Shown piece after piece: positions 39,561-48,819 of a stretch of DNA of 50,454 bases. The position numbers and the translations under genes were made by a program. Numbering within the stretch: position 1 is the first letter of the stretch; each line of letters starts with the position of its first letter. Under the pieces are notes generated by a model. It did no database searches and was not told the DNA's origin. It saw only the letters and a list, made by a program, of their open reading frames with translations. Origin of the DNA: Sphingomonadales bacterium (GTDB taxonomy: Bacteria > Pseudomonadota > Alphaproteobacteria > Sphingomonadales > Sphingomonadaceae); contig JANOTI010000018.1 of assembly GCA_031416255.1 (NCBI GenBank), forward strand, positions 1 to 50,454, written 5' to 3'.

Positions 39561-40577
39561 TCAAGCAAATCGTCGGACAGCCGCCACATGCTCTTCCTGA
39601 TCAGTTTGCGGCAGGAACGATCCGGTGAAGCTGTTTTCGGCCAGCTGAACCAGCTGCTCGCGACTAAGGTCCAGCGCATCAGCAATAGCCCTAAAGTTTG
39701 CGTTCACATAGCCGCCGAAATAAGCAGGATCATCGGAGTTCACCGTCGCGCGGATGCCCAGATCGAGCATGCGCTTTACAGGGCTGTCCGCGATGTCGTG
39801 AATGACACACAGCTTTAGGTTGGACAGTGGACACACCGTCAGCGTCTGTCCGTCCGCAACAATCCGCTCTACGAGTTTCTCATCTTCCAAAGCGCGGTTG
39901 CCATGGTCGATGCGGTCGATGTTCAACACATCGAGTGCCTGCCAGACATAATCCGGCGGCCCCTCTTCGCCTGCGTGTGCGACGAGTTTTAAGCCCTTGG
40001 CTTTCGCCGCGGCAAAAACGCGCGCGAATTTCGATGGTGGATGGCCGACTTCGGACGAGTCCAAGCCAACGCCGGTGATCCGATCAAGCCACGGCTCTGC
40101 TTCGCGCAATGTGGTGAACGCGGCATCCTCGTCCAGATGGCGCAGGAAGCACATAATGAGGCAGTAGCTAATCCCGAACTGGTCCTGCCCCGCGTCCAGC
40201 GCACGCAAGATGCCGCCGATGGCGGTGTCAAACAACACGCCGCGTTCAGTGTGCCCTTGCGGGTCGAAGAAGATTTCGACGTGGCGAACAGTGTCCGCGT
40301 GTGCGCGTGAGAGATAAGCGAAGGTCAGGTCGAAAAAGTCCTGCTCAGTTAGCAGCACGCCCATGCCTTGGTAATAAATATCCAAGAAATCTTGCAGGTT
40401 CGAAAAATCATAAGCGGCGCGGACTTCTTCGACGCTGGCAAAGGGGATTGCCACATTATTACGCTTGGCCAAAGCGAACAGCATTTCAGGCTCCAGCGAG
40501 CCTTCGATGTGGAGATGCAACTCCGCCTTTGGCAGCACATCGATCAAAGCGTTGCGCGCTGCATTATCCATCGTCAT
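39561..40577 (-). CDS. add: Adenosine/adenine deaminase (ADA family)
   Basis: PKAELHLHIEG, AHAGEEG, RIDHG, NSDDPAYF. Confidence 0.92.
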   Translation of the reverse strand: MTMDNAARNALIDVLPKAELHLHIEGSLEPEMLFALAKRNNVAIPFASVEEVRAAYDFSNLQDFLDIYYQGMGVLLTEQDFFDLTFAYLSRAHADTVRHVEIFFDPQGHTERGVLFDTAIGGILRALDAGQDQFGISYCLIMCFLRHLDEDAAFTTLREAEPWLDRITGVGLDSSEVGHPPSKFARVFAAAKAKGLKLVAHAGEEGPPDYVWQALDVLNIDRIDHGNRALEDEKLVERIVADGQTLTVCPLSNLKLCVIHDIADSPVKRMLDLGIRATVNSDDPAYFGGYVNANFRAIADALDLSREQLVQLAENSFTGSFLPQTDQEEHVAAVRRFA

Positions 40578-41137
40578 TCTTTCCCTTGCAGGATGATGTC
40601 AGCACCGGATTTGTTGGCGCGGATTTCGTCTTCGGTCAGGCCATTAATCTCGTGCGGAAAGACCAGCCAGTCATCGGTTTGGTGCACATAAAAGTCAGGC
40701 GCAAGGTCCGTCACATTACGCGCCGGCTTAAAATACACCGTCGCGATTTTGACCGTGCGCGGCATATTGTGGCGGCAGCGAGCCTTTAGTTCTTGCAAGA
40801 ATGCGCGGATCGAACGGCCCGAATCAAACACATCATCAATGACCAGCAAAGCATCGTAGGGGTTCAGAGTGTCTATGAGGTAACCCAAAGCATAGACGCG
40901 CACTTCGGGTTCTTGTTGGTCGATGCCGGTATAGGACGATGTGCGGATCGCAATATGATCGCAGTCTATGCCGCGATATTCGAGCAGTTCCTGCACCGCG
41001 ATACCAATCGGCGCACCGCCGCGCCAGATTCCAACGATGTGCGTTGGCCGAAAGTCGGATTCAGCAACCAGATTGGCGAGACGGAATGAATCTTCGAGCA
41101 GCCGATCTGCTGTCAGATAGACTTTCGCGGTGCTCAC
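40574..41137 (-). CDS. Type I phosphoribosyltransferase (purine PRT-like)
   Basis: GIWRGG, PRPP loop VIDDVFDSG, WLVFPHE. Confidence 0.88.
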   Translation of the reverse strand: MSTAKVYLTADRLLEDSFRLANLVAESDFRPTHIVGIWRGGAPIGIAVQELLEYRGIDCDHIAIRTSSYTGIDQQEPEVRVYALGYLIDTLNPYDALLVIDDVFDSGRSIRAFLQELKARCRHNMPRTVKIATVYFKPARNVTDLAPDFYVHQTDDWLVFPHEINGLTEDEIRANKSGADIILQGKE

Positions 41138-42105
41138 ATATCCCCGCGTTCACGGCGCAGCGTATACCATTTTTCGACATTGGCATTATGCTCTTTCAAC
41201 GTGTTGGCGAACACATGCCCGCCTTTTCCATCGGCTACGAAAAATAGCGCATCGGTTTTTGCAGGATTCAAAACAGCTTCGATGGCGGCACGCGATGGAT
41301 TGGCAATCGGTCCCTTTGGCAAGCCAACCATTGCGTAAGTATTGTAATCATTGACCGAGGAAATTTCGGACTGACGGATACGGCGACCAAGCGGTTTGCC
41401 CTTGGTTATCGGGTAGATTATCGTCGGGTCCGCTTGCAGCATCATGCCTTTGGTGACGCGGTTCGAATAGACCCCAGCGACAGTCCGAAGCTCGGACTTC
41501 AGCGATGTTTCCTTTTCGACAATCGAGGCAAGAATGATGGCCTCAGCTTGCGTTTTTACAACGCTATCGGCGCTTTTCTTTGGCCACAACTTCGCCATCG
41601 CTTGCGTCATTGCCGCCTGCATTCGCAGCACAACCGCCGCACGGCTCTCACCTTTGTCAAAGGCGTAGCTGTCGGGAAGGATGGAACCTTCGGCTGGAAC
41701 AGGGATCGTCCCCTTCAACATGTCATTCGCCATCAACCGGTCGAATATCATAATTGACGGCATGCCTTCTGGTACCGTCACCATCCGCTGAACGGTTTTT
41801 CCACCGGTCAGGATTGACAGAATATCGGCATTGGAAGCCGCAGCGGGAATCAAAAACTCACCCGCCTTAATTGTACTCGTTGCACCAAAAATCCGCGCAC
41901 GGTTGACGAAAGCATCGGCGGATTTGATGATGCCGCCTTTTTGCAATTGTTTCGCGACCAATCGGATACCCGAGCCAGATTTGACCACGACAGTCACTTC
42001 ACGCGCCGATGGCCCCGACGCATGCCAGCCATAAACGAAGTTCCCGCCCACCAACGCAATTAACAGCGCCGGAACAAGCAGCAGCCATTTCAGCACGCGC
42101 GACAT
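41134..42105 (-). CDS. mltG: Endolytic transglycosylase
   Basis: LASIVEKET, LQADPT, YNTY...GLP.GPIANP, FFVADG. Confidence 0.96.
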   Translation of the reverse strand: MSRVLKWLLLVPALLIALVGGNFVYGWHASGPSAREVTVVVKSGSGIRLVAKQLQKGGIIKSADAFVNRARIFGATSTIKAGEFLIPAAASNADILSILTGGKTVQRMVTVPEGMPSIMIFDRLMANDMLKGTIPVPAEGSILPDSYAFDKGESRAAVVLRMQAAMTQAMAKLWPKKSADSVVKTQAEAIILASIVEKETSLKSELRTVAGVYSNRVTKGMMLQADPTIIYPITKGKPLGRRIRQSEISSVNDYNTYAMVGLPKGPIANPSRAAIEAVLNPAKTDALFFVADGKGGHVFANTLKEHNANVEKWYTLRRERGDM

Positions 42106-42109
42106 CGCG

Positions 42110-43366
42110 TCAGATCGCCTTCATAATCAGGCTGGCGTTGGTTCCGCCAAAGCCGAAACTGTTGTTCAGCACAGCCTTCACCACCCGTTTTTTGGCAACC
42201 AACGGCACCAGATCAACGCCCTCGGTCCCCTCATCAGGATTTTCCAGATTGAGCGTTGGCGGCACGATTTGATCGCGCAGCGCTAGAATGCAGAAAATGG
42301 CTTCGACAGCGCCTGCACCACCCAACAAATGCCCAATCGCCGATTTTGTCGAGCTCATCGACACTGTGCTGATCGCATCACCGAACAAGCGCTTTACCGC
42401 CGCCAGTTCAATCGTGTCGGCCATCGTCGATGTGCCATGGGCATTGATGTAGTCGATGTCGGCAGGTGTCATGCCTGCCTTTTTCAGCGCCATCTGCATA
42501 GAACGGAACGCGCCGTCGCCTTCGGGATGCGGGGCCGTTACGTGATTGGCATCGCCCGACAAACCATAACCGACAACCTCGGCATAGATTTTCGCGCCGC
42601 GTGCTTTGGCATGTTCATATTCCTCCAGCACAACAACGCCGGCGCCTTCGCCCATGACAAAGCCGTCGCGGTCTTTGTCATACGGGCGGCTGGCGCGTTC
42701 CGGTTCGTCATTAAACGCGGTGCAAAGGGCGCGGGCTTGTGCGAACCCTGCAATGCCGAGCGGACAGATCGTCGCCTCTGCGCCGCCTGCGAGCATGACA
42801 TCAGCATCATCGTCGCGAATCATCCGCGCCGCATCACCGATGGAATGCGCACCGGTTGAGCACGCCGTCACAACTGCATGATTCGGCCCCATCAAGCCAT
42901 ATTTAATCGACACCTGACCAGAGATCAGATTGATAAGCCGACCATGGACAAAATGCGGTGAAACGCGGCCTGGGCCTTTTTCGGCGAGCAAAAGCGATTC
43001 GCTTTCGATGCCCGGCAAACCGCCAATGCCCGATCCAATCGAGCAACCAGCACGCAGTTTCTGTTCATGCGTCATCTCGGTCAGGCCAGCGTCTTCCAAC
43101 GCTTGTCCAGCGGCATCGATGCCAAAGATGATAAACGGATCAACCTGACGCTGCACCTTGTGGTCAACGCGCTTGTCAGGATCAAAGCCCCATGGGTGAT
43201 CCTTTGGCTTCACTTCACAGGCAATATGGCATTTCTGGTCGCTGTGGTCGAAGTGCGTAATAAATCCCGCACCCGATTTGGAATCAAGCAGATTGGCCCA
43301 GCTGGTCTCCACATCGGCGCCCAATGGCGTGACAAGTCCCAATCCGGTTACAACGACGCGACGCAT
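42110..43366 (-). CDS. fabF: 3-oxoacyl-ACP synthase II
   Basis: TACSTG, NAHGTST, KSAIGHLLG, NSFGFGG. Confidence 0.97.
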   Translation of the reverse strand: MRRVVVTGLGLVTPLGADVETSWANLLDSKSGAGFITHFDHSDQKCHIACEVKPKDHPWGFDPDKRVDHKVQRQVDPFIIFGIDAAGQALEDAGLTEMTHEQKLRAGCSIGSGIGGLPGIESESLLLAEKGPGRVSPHFVHGRLINLISGQVSIKYGLMGPNHAVVTACSTGAHSIGDAARMIRDDDADVMLAGGAEATICPLGIAGFAQARALCTAFNDEPERASRPYDKDRDGFVMGEGAGVVVLEEYEHAKARGAKIYAEVVGYGLSGDANHVTAPHPEGDGAFRSMQMALKKAGMTPADIDYINAHGTSTMADTIELAAVKRLFGDAISTVSMSSTKSAIGHLLGGAGAVEAIFCILALRDQIVPPTLNLENPDEGTEGVDLVPLVAKKRVVKAVLNNSFGFGGTNASLIMKAI

Positions 43367-43427
43367 CAAACGCCCTCCCTCAATTTCATATTCTCTGACC
43401 CTTTATGGAAGGCCAGCGCCAAAATGC

Positions 43428-43470
43428 AAACGGCTTTCCAGTCTGGTCAACCCAAGCCGGAAAGCCGTTT
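43428..43470 (-). terminator. Stem-loop between acpP and fabF (partial terminator or mRNA stabiliser)
   Basis: 12-bp inverted repeat AAACGGCTTTCC / GGAAAGCCGTTT. Confidence 0.55.
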
Positions 43471-43508
43471 TATTCTTATCCGAATTGGCTGCAATACGCA
43501 GCGCAAAT

Positions 43509-43742
43509 TCAGCTGTTGCTTGTGATAAAGTCGATTGCGTCCTTAACAGTCGCAATCTTTTCAGCAGCATCGTCGGGGATTTCGACGTTAAATTCTTCTT
43601 CAAACGCCATAACCAGCTCAACAATGTCAAGGCTGTCTGCACCCAAATCGTCGATGAAGCTCGCTTCTTCGGTTACCTTCTCGGCTTCTACGCCCAGATG
43701 TTCGACCACGATCTTTTTGACGCGTTCTGCAGTATCGCTCAT
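43509..43742 (-). CDS. acpP: Acyl carrier protein
   Basis: [12 protein letters not shown]. Confidence 0.98.
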   Translation of the reverse strand: MSDTAERVKKIVVEHLGVEAEKVTEEASFIDDLGADSLDIVELVMAFEEEFNVEIPDDAAEKIATVKDAIDFITSNS

Positions 43743-43903
43743 ATCTTTGCCCCTTCGTTGTTGGGAGGATGAATTTCACTTCCCGCCCCTAATGCCCCGT
43801 CACCCTGCTGGCAAGAGGGCAGCGGCAAATTGGACGAAAGCATCGTCGGATGTGCACAGGAAAGATATCGCTATGCGGTGCGACATAATTGACTGCGCTC
43901 AGC

Positions 43904-44656
43904 TTACAGCATCGCCATCCCGCCATTAACATGCAATGTGTGACCAGTAATGTAGCCCGCCTCGCGGCTTGCCAAATAGGCCACAGCGGCACCTATATCG
44001 CTGCCTTCGCCCATACGCCCCATCGGAATACGTCCATTAAGCGCCTCTTTTTGCGCTTCGGGCAGTGTATCGGTCATCGCGGTGCGGATGAAGCCGGGTG
44101 CAACGCAGTTGACCGTCACATTGCGGCTGGCAAGCTCTGCACCCAGCGCCTTTGACATGCCGACTAGGCCTGCCTTTGATGCGGCATAGTTGATCTGTCC
44201 GGGGTTACCCGTTGCGCCTACGACGCTGGTGATGGTGATGATACGGCCAAAGCGCGCCTTCATCATCGGCTTAGTCGCGGCGCGCATGATTCGGAACGCG
44301 GCTTCGAGGTTAATTGTGATCACCTCGTCCCATTCCTCATCCTTCATGCGCATAGCCAGATTATCGCGGGTGACGCCAGCGTTGTTGACCACGATGTCAA
44401 GCTGACCCAGCTTTTCGAGCGCTGCAGGCACCAAAGCCTCTACACTGTCTTTGTCGGACAGATTGCAAGGAACGGCGACATGATCTGCATTTGGATATTC
44501 TGTGGCAAGCGAAGCACGATACGCCTCAAGTTTTTCGACATTGCTGCCCGAAACCACAAGCCGCGCGCCTTGCCCCGCCAATGCGGCACATATCGCGCTG
44601 CCGATACCGCCCGAGGCGCCTGTGACCAAAGCCGTCATCCCGGTTAAATCGAACAT
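43904..44656 (-). CDS. fabG: 3-oxoacyl-ACP reductase
   Basis: TGASGGIG, NNAG, YAASK; start at ATG 44656 after AGGAG. Confidence 0.96.
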   Translation of the reverse strand: MFDLTGMTALVTGASGGIGSAICAALAGQGARLVVSGSNVEKLEAYRASLATEYPNADHVAVPCNLSDKDSVEALVPAALEKLGQLDIVVNNAGVTRDNLAMRMKDEEWDEVITINLEAAFRIMRAATKPMMKARFGRIITITSVVGATGNPGQINYAASKAGLVGMSKALGAELASRNVTVNCVAPGFIRTAMTDTLPEAQKEALNGRIPMGRMGEGSDIGAAVAYLASREAGYITGHTLHVNGGMAML

Positions 44657-44657
44657 C

Positions 44658-45470
44658 TTATTCTCCTGTAAAAATAGGTGCGCGTTTTTCGATGAACGCG
44701 GTGATAGCTTCGTCGTTGTCGCTGGTGGCATGCGCAAGGCTTTGCATCGCAGCGGACATTTCGAGGATGTTTTTCAGCTCCGCTGTCTGTCCTTCGCGCA
44801 ACAGGCGCTTGGTCATACGCACCGCATGGGGGGGATTGGCGGCAATTTTGCTGGCAATTTCTTTGGCCTTGTCCATCAGTTTGCCGTCGGGGACAACATG
44901 GCTGACAAGCCCGATCCTTAGCGCCTCGGCAGCGTCGATTGTTTCGCCGGTCAACGCCAATTCGGTTGCGCGGCTGAAGCCGACGATTCGTGGCAATAAC
45001 CATGCGCCACCGTCGCCCGGAATGATCCCCAGCTTCACAAAGCTTTCCGCAAACTTGGCGCTTTGTGCCGCAACGCGGATGTCACACATCGTTGCAAGGT
45101 CCAGCCCCGCGCCGATTGCGTGGCCGTTCACCGCTGCCACAACCGGCACTTCCAGCGCCTGAAACATCAACGGCAGCCGCTGAATGCCATATTTGTAATT
45201 CCGTCGCGTTTCGACCGGATTGCTCGACCGCAGCCCGCCGCTGTCAGGACGCATTTGTTTCAGATCGCCGCCAGCGGAAAAGGCTGTGCCCACGCCGGTC
45301 AGGATGACGCAGCGCACCGACATGTCGCGATCCGCCGCGTCAAACTCAGTGCACAAAGCATCGACTACCGCCACATCCGAAATCGGATTGCGCTTTTCGG
45401 GCATATTCAATGTGATCGTCAGGATCGCGCCATCGCGAGTTTGCAATAAAGGTTCGTTCAATTCTCTCAC
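44658..45470 (-). CDS. Crotonase/enoyl-CoA hydratase-isomerase family protein (start GTG 45470 or TTG 45461)
   Basis: AFSAGGDL, AVNGHAIGAG, DIRVAA..AKF, AFIEKRAP. Confidence 0.92.
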   Translation of the reverse strand: MRELNEPLLQTRDGAILTITLNMPEKRNPISDVAVVDALCTEFDAADRDMSVRCVILTGVGTAFSAGGDLKQMRPDSGGLRSSNPVETRRNYKYGIQRLPLMFQALEVPVVAAVNGHAIGAGLDLATMCDIRVAAQSAKFAESFVKLGIIPGDGGAWLLPRIVGFSRATELALTGETIDAAEALRIGLVSHVVPDGKLMDKAKEIASKIAANPPHAVRMTKRLLREGQTAELKNILEMSAAMQSLAHATSDNDEAITAFIEKRAPIFTGE

Positions 45471-45471
45471 T

Positions 45472-45543
45472 CCGTTAGTCCTGAGCCTGTCGAAGGACGG
45501 TTAGTGCGGGGGCGGCGTGCTTCGACAAGCTCAGCACGAACGG
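45472..45543. repeat. Palindromic intergenic repeat, type A short copy
   Basis: CCGTTAGTCCTGAGCCTGTCGAAG ... CTTCGACAAGCTCAGCACGAACGG between fabD and the crotonase gene. Confidence 0.9.
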
Positions 45544-45547
45544 TGGG

Positions 45548-46486
45548 TTACAGTATTTTCAAGGCGGCTTCGATATCGTCCATCGAAATCAGGCTGGTCG
45601 TTGTCACGTCTTCGCCCGCGCTGCGTTTGACCATAGGCGAAAGCACTTTACCGCCAAATTCATAGAACTGCGTGACACCTGCCGCTGCCATAGCAATAGC
45701 GGATTCGCGCCAGCGGACGCGGCCGGTGACTTGTTCGACCAGCAACCGGCGGATGTCGTCAGTATCCGAAACTGGTGACGCGATAACATTGGCAAAGACG
45801 GGAACAAAGGGCGCATTGATCGCTGTTTGTCCCAGCGCATCGGCCATGCGGTCCGCCGCTGGTTGCATCAACGGGCAATGAAAGGGAGCCGAAACGGGAA
45901 GCAAAATGCTGCGTTTTATGCCGTGCTCTTTGACCAATTCAATCGCGCGCTCAATCGCGCCTTTATGACCGGAAATCACGACCTGCGACGGATCATTGTC
46001 ATTGGCAACGGTGCAGGTCTCGCCCTCAGCCGCCGCCTCTGCAAGCGCCTCGGCCTTTTCAATGTCTGCGCCCAGCAACGCCGCCATCGCGCCCACACCT
46101 ACCGGTACCGCCGCTTGCATCGCTTGTCCGCGTAGTTTCAGGAGCCGCGATGTTGTGGCCAGATCCAAAGCTCCCGCAGCACACAGCGCACTATATTCGC
46201 CCAGACTATGCCCCGCTACAAAATGCGCTTTTTCCGCCAAAGTCACATTGCCTTCACGCTCCAGCACACGCAGGGTAGCAATTGCGTTGGCCATGATCGC
46301 CGGCTGCGCATTTTCGGTGAGCAGCAACTGATCGTCCGGCCCTTCGCACATTAGCTTGAATAGGCTTTGCTCCAAGGCATCATCAACTTCTTGAAACACC
46401 TCACGCGCAACGGCACTCGCCTCGGCCAAGGCTTTGCCCATACCAACGGCCTGGCTGCCCTGCCCCGGAAAGATAAATGCGCGCAT
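45548..46486 (-). CDS. fabD: Malonyl-CoA:ACP transacylase
   Basis: FPGQGSQ, GHSLGEY, VSAPFH. Confidence 0.97.
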   Translation of the reverse strand: MRAFIFPGQGSQAVGMGKALAEASAVAREVFQEVDDALEQSLFKLMCEGPDDQLLLTENAQPAIMANAIATLRVLEREGNVTLAEKAHFVAGHSLGEYSALCAAGALDLATTSRLLKLRGQAMQAAVPVGVGAMAALLGADIEKAEALAEAAAEGETCTVANDNDPSQVVISGHKGAIERAIELVKEHGIKRSILLPVSAPFHCPLMQPAADRMADALGQTAINAPFVPVFANVIASPVSDTDDIRRLLVEQVTGRVRWRESAIAMAAAGVTQFYEFGGKVLSPMVKRSAGEDVTTTSLISMDDIEAALKIL

Positions 46487-46501
46487 GTTGTATCCCCTGT
46501 A

Positions 46502-47323
46502 TCAGGCCAGCATGCCAAACGGCACGACCTTATTATCAATGTCATGCCCGATATCGGCGCTACCCAAAAATTCAATTTTATTCTTTGCGCACCAGCGTTT
46601 TGCGATTTGCGTGGGGCTTTCGCCAAAGGGGCGATCGTTTTCTGGAATGTCTGAGACGCGGCCCAATCTTAACCCGAGGACGTCCGCATCTTTAAGGTGC
46701 GTGGTGATGTTGAACATCGCCCGGTCAAAAGCATAGAGATGTTCGCTGACTTCCTCGATCAGTATAACATGCCCTTTAAGGTCAGGCATGATCGGGGTTC
46801 CTGTCATCATCGCGAATGTCACAGCATTAAAGGCAACATGCCTTTCATTACGCATTAGACTTTTTTCCAATGATTTAGGGTCGCTTCTGATGAGCCAGTC
46901 TAATGCAGTGGCAACTGCTTTCTCCCCGCCCTCACGGCGAATATCTCCCGGCATGGGGCCATGCACTGGCCAGCCAATTTGTGCCTTGTATAATGCGGCA
47001 AGCAGGTTTCCCTGATCGCTATAGCCCATATAGGTTTTGTTTCGGGCTGCGGATTTCAGCTCGCCAACCGCTTCTTCGGCGATGCGACAAACACCATAGC
47101 CACCGCGCACAAACCATATTGCATCAAACGCCGGATCATTGGCCATCGCGACAAAGGCTTCCAACCGTACTGCATCGGATCCTGCAAAATGGCCCTTTTC
47201 GATGAAGCATTGCTTGTGGAATATCAGCTCAGCACAGGGATAATGCTGCGCCGCAAGCGCGACTACCCTGTCCGCATCGTCGCGCGAAAAAGGTGTGGCC
47301 GGCGCACAGATACCAATCTTCAT
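46502..47323 (-). CDS. ldcA: LD-carboxypeptidase (peptidase S66)
   Basis: RGGYG, GYSD (Ser), IEEV (Glu), IGH (His); start reassigned to ATG 47323. Confidence 0.85.
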   Translation of the reverse strand: MKIGICAPATPFSRDDADRVVALAAQHYPCAELIFHKQCFIEKGHFAGSDAVRLEAFVAMANDPAFDAIWFVRGGYGVCRIAEEAVGELKSAARNKTYMGYSDQGNLLAALYKAQIGWPVHGPMPGDIRREGGEKAVATALDWLIRSDPKSLEKSLMRNERHVAFNAVTFAMMTGTPIMPDLKGHVILIEEVSEHLYAFDRAMFNITTHLKDADVLGLRLGRVSDIPENDRPFGESPTQIAKRWCAKNKIEFLGSADIGHDIDNKVVPFGMLA

Positions 47324-47379
47324 CACGCTTTGCCCCGATGCCAATTGCCAAACATGGATCAAGTCAATAGCGGGGGCGG

Positions 47380-48783
47380 ATGGCAAATACCAAATCCTAT
47401 TTCTTTTGCGGCATCGGTGGTTCTGGCATGCTGCCGCTTGCAAACATTGTGCGCGATAATGGTGCAAAAGTTGCGGGTTCAGACCGTGCGCTTGACCAAG
47501 GCCGCCTTGCGCCAAAGTTTGAGTGGCTGAAAAGCCTTGGCATTGATTTGTTCGCGCAAGACGGCAGCGGATTGACGAGCCGCGAGCAGATACTGATAGC
47601 CTCCGCCGCTGTCGAGGATAGCGTCCCTGACGTAGCAAAAGCGCTTGAGCTCGGCTGTGCACGTTTGACACGCGCCGAACTGTTGGCCGAATTATTCAAC
47701 GCAGCACTGCGTTCTGTCGCTATCGGCGGCACCAGTGGTAAATCCACTGTCACAGGCATGATCGGCTGGATACTGACCGACGCTGCACTTGACCCGACCA
47801 TCATGAACGGCGGGGTGATGAAGAACTTCGTCTCCGCCGATGCACCCTTTGCTAGCGCGCGCGTTGGGCGCGGCGGCATGTTTGTGTCAGAGGTGGACGA
47901 AAGCGATGGATCAATCGCTCTGTTCAAACCGGAAGTAGCGGTATTGAACAATGTCAGTCTCGATCACAAATCGCTCGACGAACTGCGGCAATTGTTCGGT
48001 GATTTTGCGCGCAAAGCGAAACAAGCCGTATGGAACGCCGATGATATTGAGACGGTCGCGCTGATCGCGCCTTTGGGTTTGAAAGGTGCAACCAGTTTCG
48101 GCTTTACTGACCGTGCCGATTTCCGTGCCATCGACATTGTCGAAATGCCATTGGGCAGTCATTTCACGCTGAACTTCAAAGGAGAAAGCTGGCCGGTGAC
48201 TCTGCAAGTACCCGGACGGCATAACATCGCCAACGCTCTGGCCGCGATCGCCGCTGTGGCTGCGCTGGACGTTCCCGTCGCGCAAGCTATCCACGGCGTT
48301 GAACGCTTTGCCGGCCTCGCGCGCCGGTTTGACATTGTCGGCATTGCAGGTGGCATCACAGTCATCGATGATTTCGGGCACAACCCCGATAAAACCGCTG
48401 CGACGTTAGCCACGTTGAAAGCCTTTCCGGGCCGGATCATTGCCTTTTTTCAACCGCATGGATACGGCCCGATTCGCATGATGGGGCATGAATTGGCCGC
48501 AGTGTTTGCAAAACATTTGGGCCGCGATGATTATTTGATCCTGTGCGATCCGGTCTATTTCGGCGGCACCGTGGATCGCAGCCAAGGCAGTCCGTTAATT
48601 ACCGACGCTGTGGTCGCGGCAGGACGCAACGCCGAACATATTGCGTCACGTGAAGACTGCGGCAACCGCATCGTCGAGCTGGCGCAAAGCGGCGACCGCA
48701 TCGTCATCATGGGTGCACGCGACGACACACTCAGCGCCTTTGCTGCCGACATCTTGGCGCGGCTGGTGAAATCGAGTGTGTGA
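47380..48783 (+). CDS. Mur ligase family protein (MurC/Mpl-like)
   Basis: GIGGSGM, GTSGKST P-loop, EVDESD, DDFGHNP, FQPH. Confidence 0.9.
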   Translation: MANTKSYFFCGIGGSGMLPLANIVRDNGAKVAGSDRALDQGRLAPKFEWLKSLGIDLFAQDGSGLTSREQILIASAAVEDSVPDVAKALELGCARLTRAELLAELFNAALRSVAIGGTSGKSTVTGMIGWILTDAALDPTIMNGGVMKNFVSADAPFASARVGRGGMFVSEVDESDGSIALFKPEVAVLNNVSLDHKSLDELRQLFGDFARKAKQAVWNADDIETVALIAPLGLKGATSFGFTDRADFRAIDIVEMPLGSHFTLNFKGESWPVTLQVPGRHNIANALAAIAAVAALDVPVAQAIHGVERFAGLARRFDIVGIAGGITVIDDFGHNPDKTAATLATLKAFPGRIIAFFQPHGYGPIRMMGHELAAVFAKHLGRDDYLILCDPVYFGGTVDRSQGSPLITDAVVAAGRNAEHIASREDCGNRIVELAQSGDRIVIMGARDDTLSAFAADILARLVKSSV

Positions 48784-48819
48784 CTTGATCCTGTCACGCG
48801 CTTTCGTCATGTTGCGCAG

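Noticed and set aside
22796-45543. Repeats as a CRISPR array or IS ends
   Set aside because: Dispersed single hairpins, with no repeat-spacer periodicity and no cas or transposase gene
47324-47671. 116-aa N-terminal extension of the LD-carboxypeptidase ORF
   Set aside because: Overlaps the divergent Mur ligase gene; the family N-terminus begins at MKIGICAP (47323)
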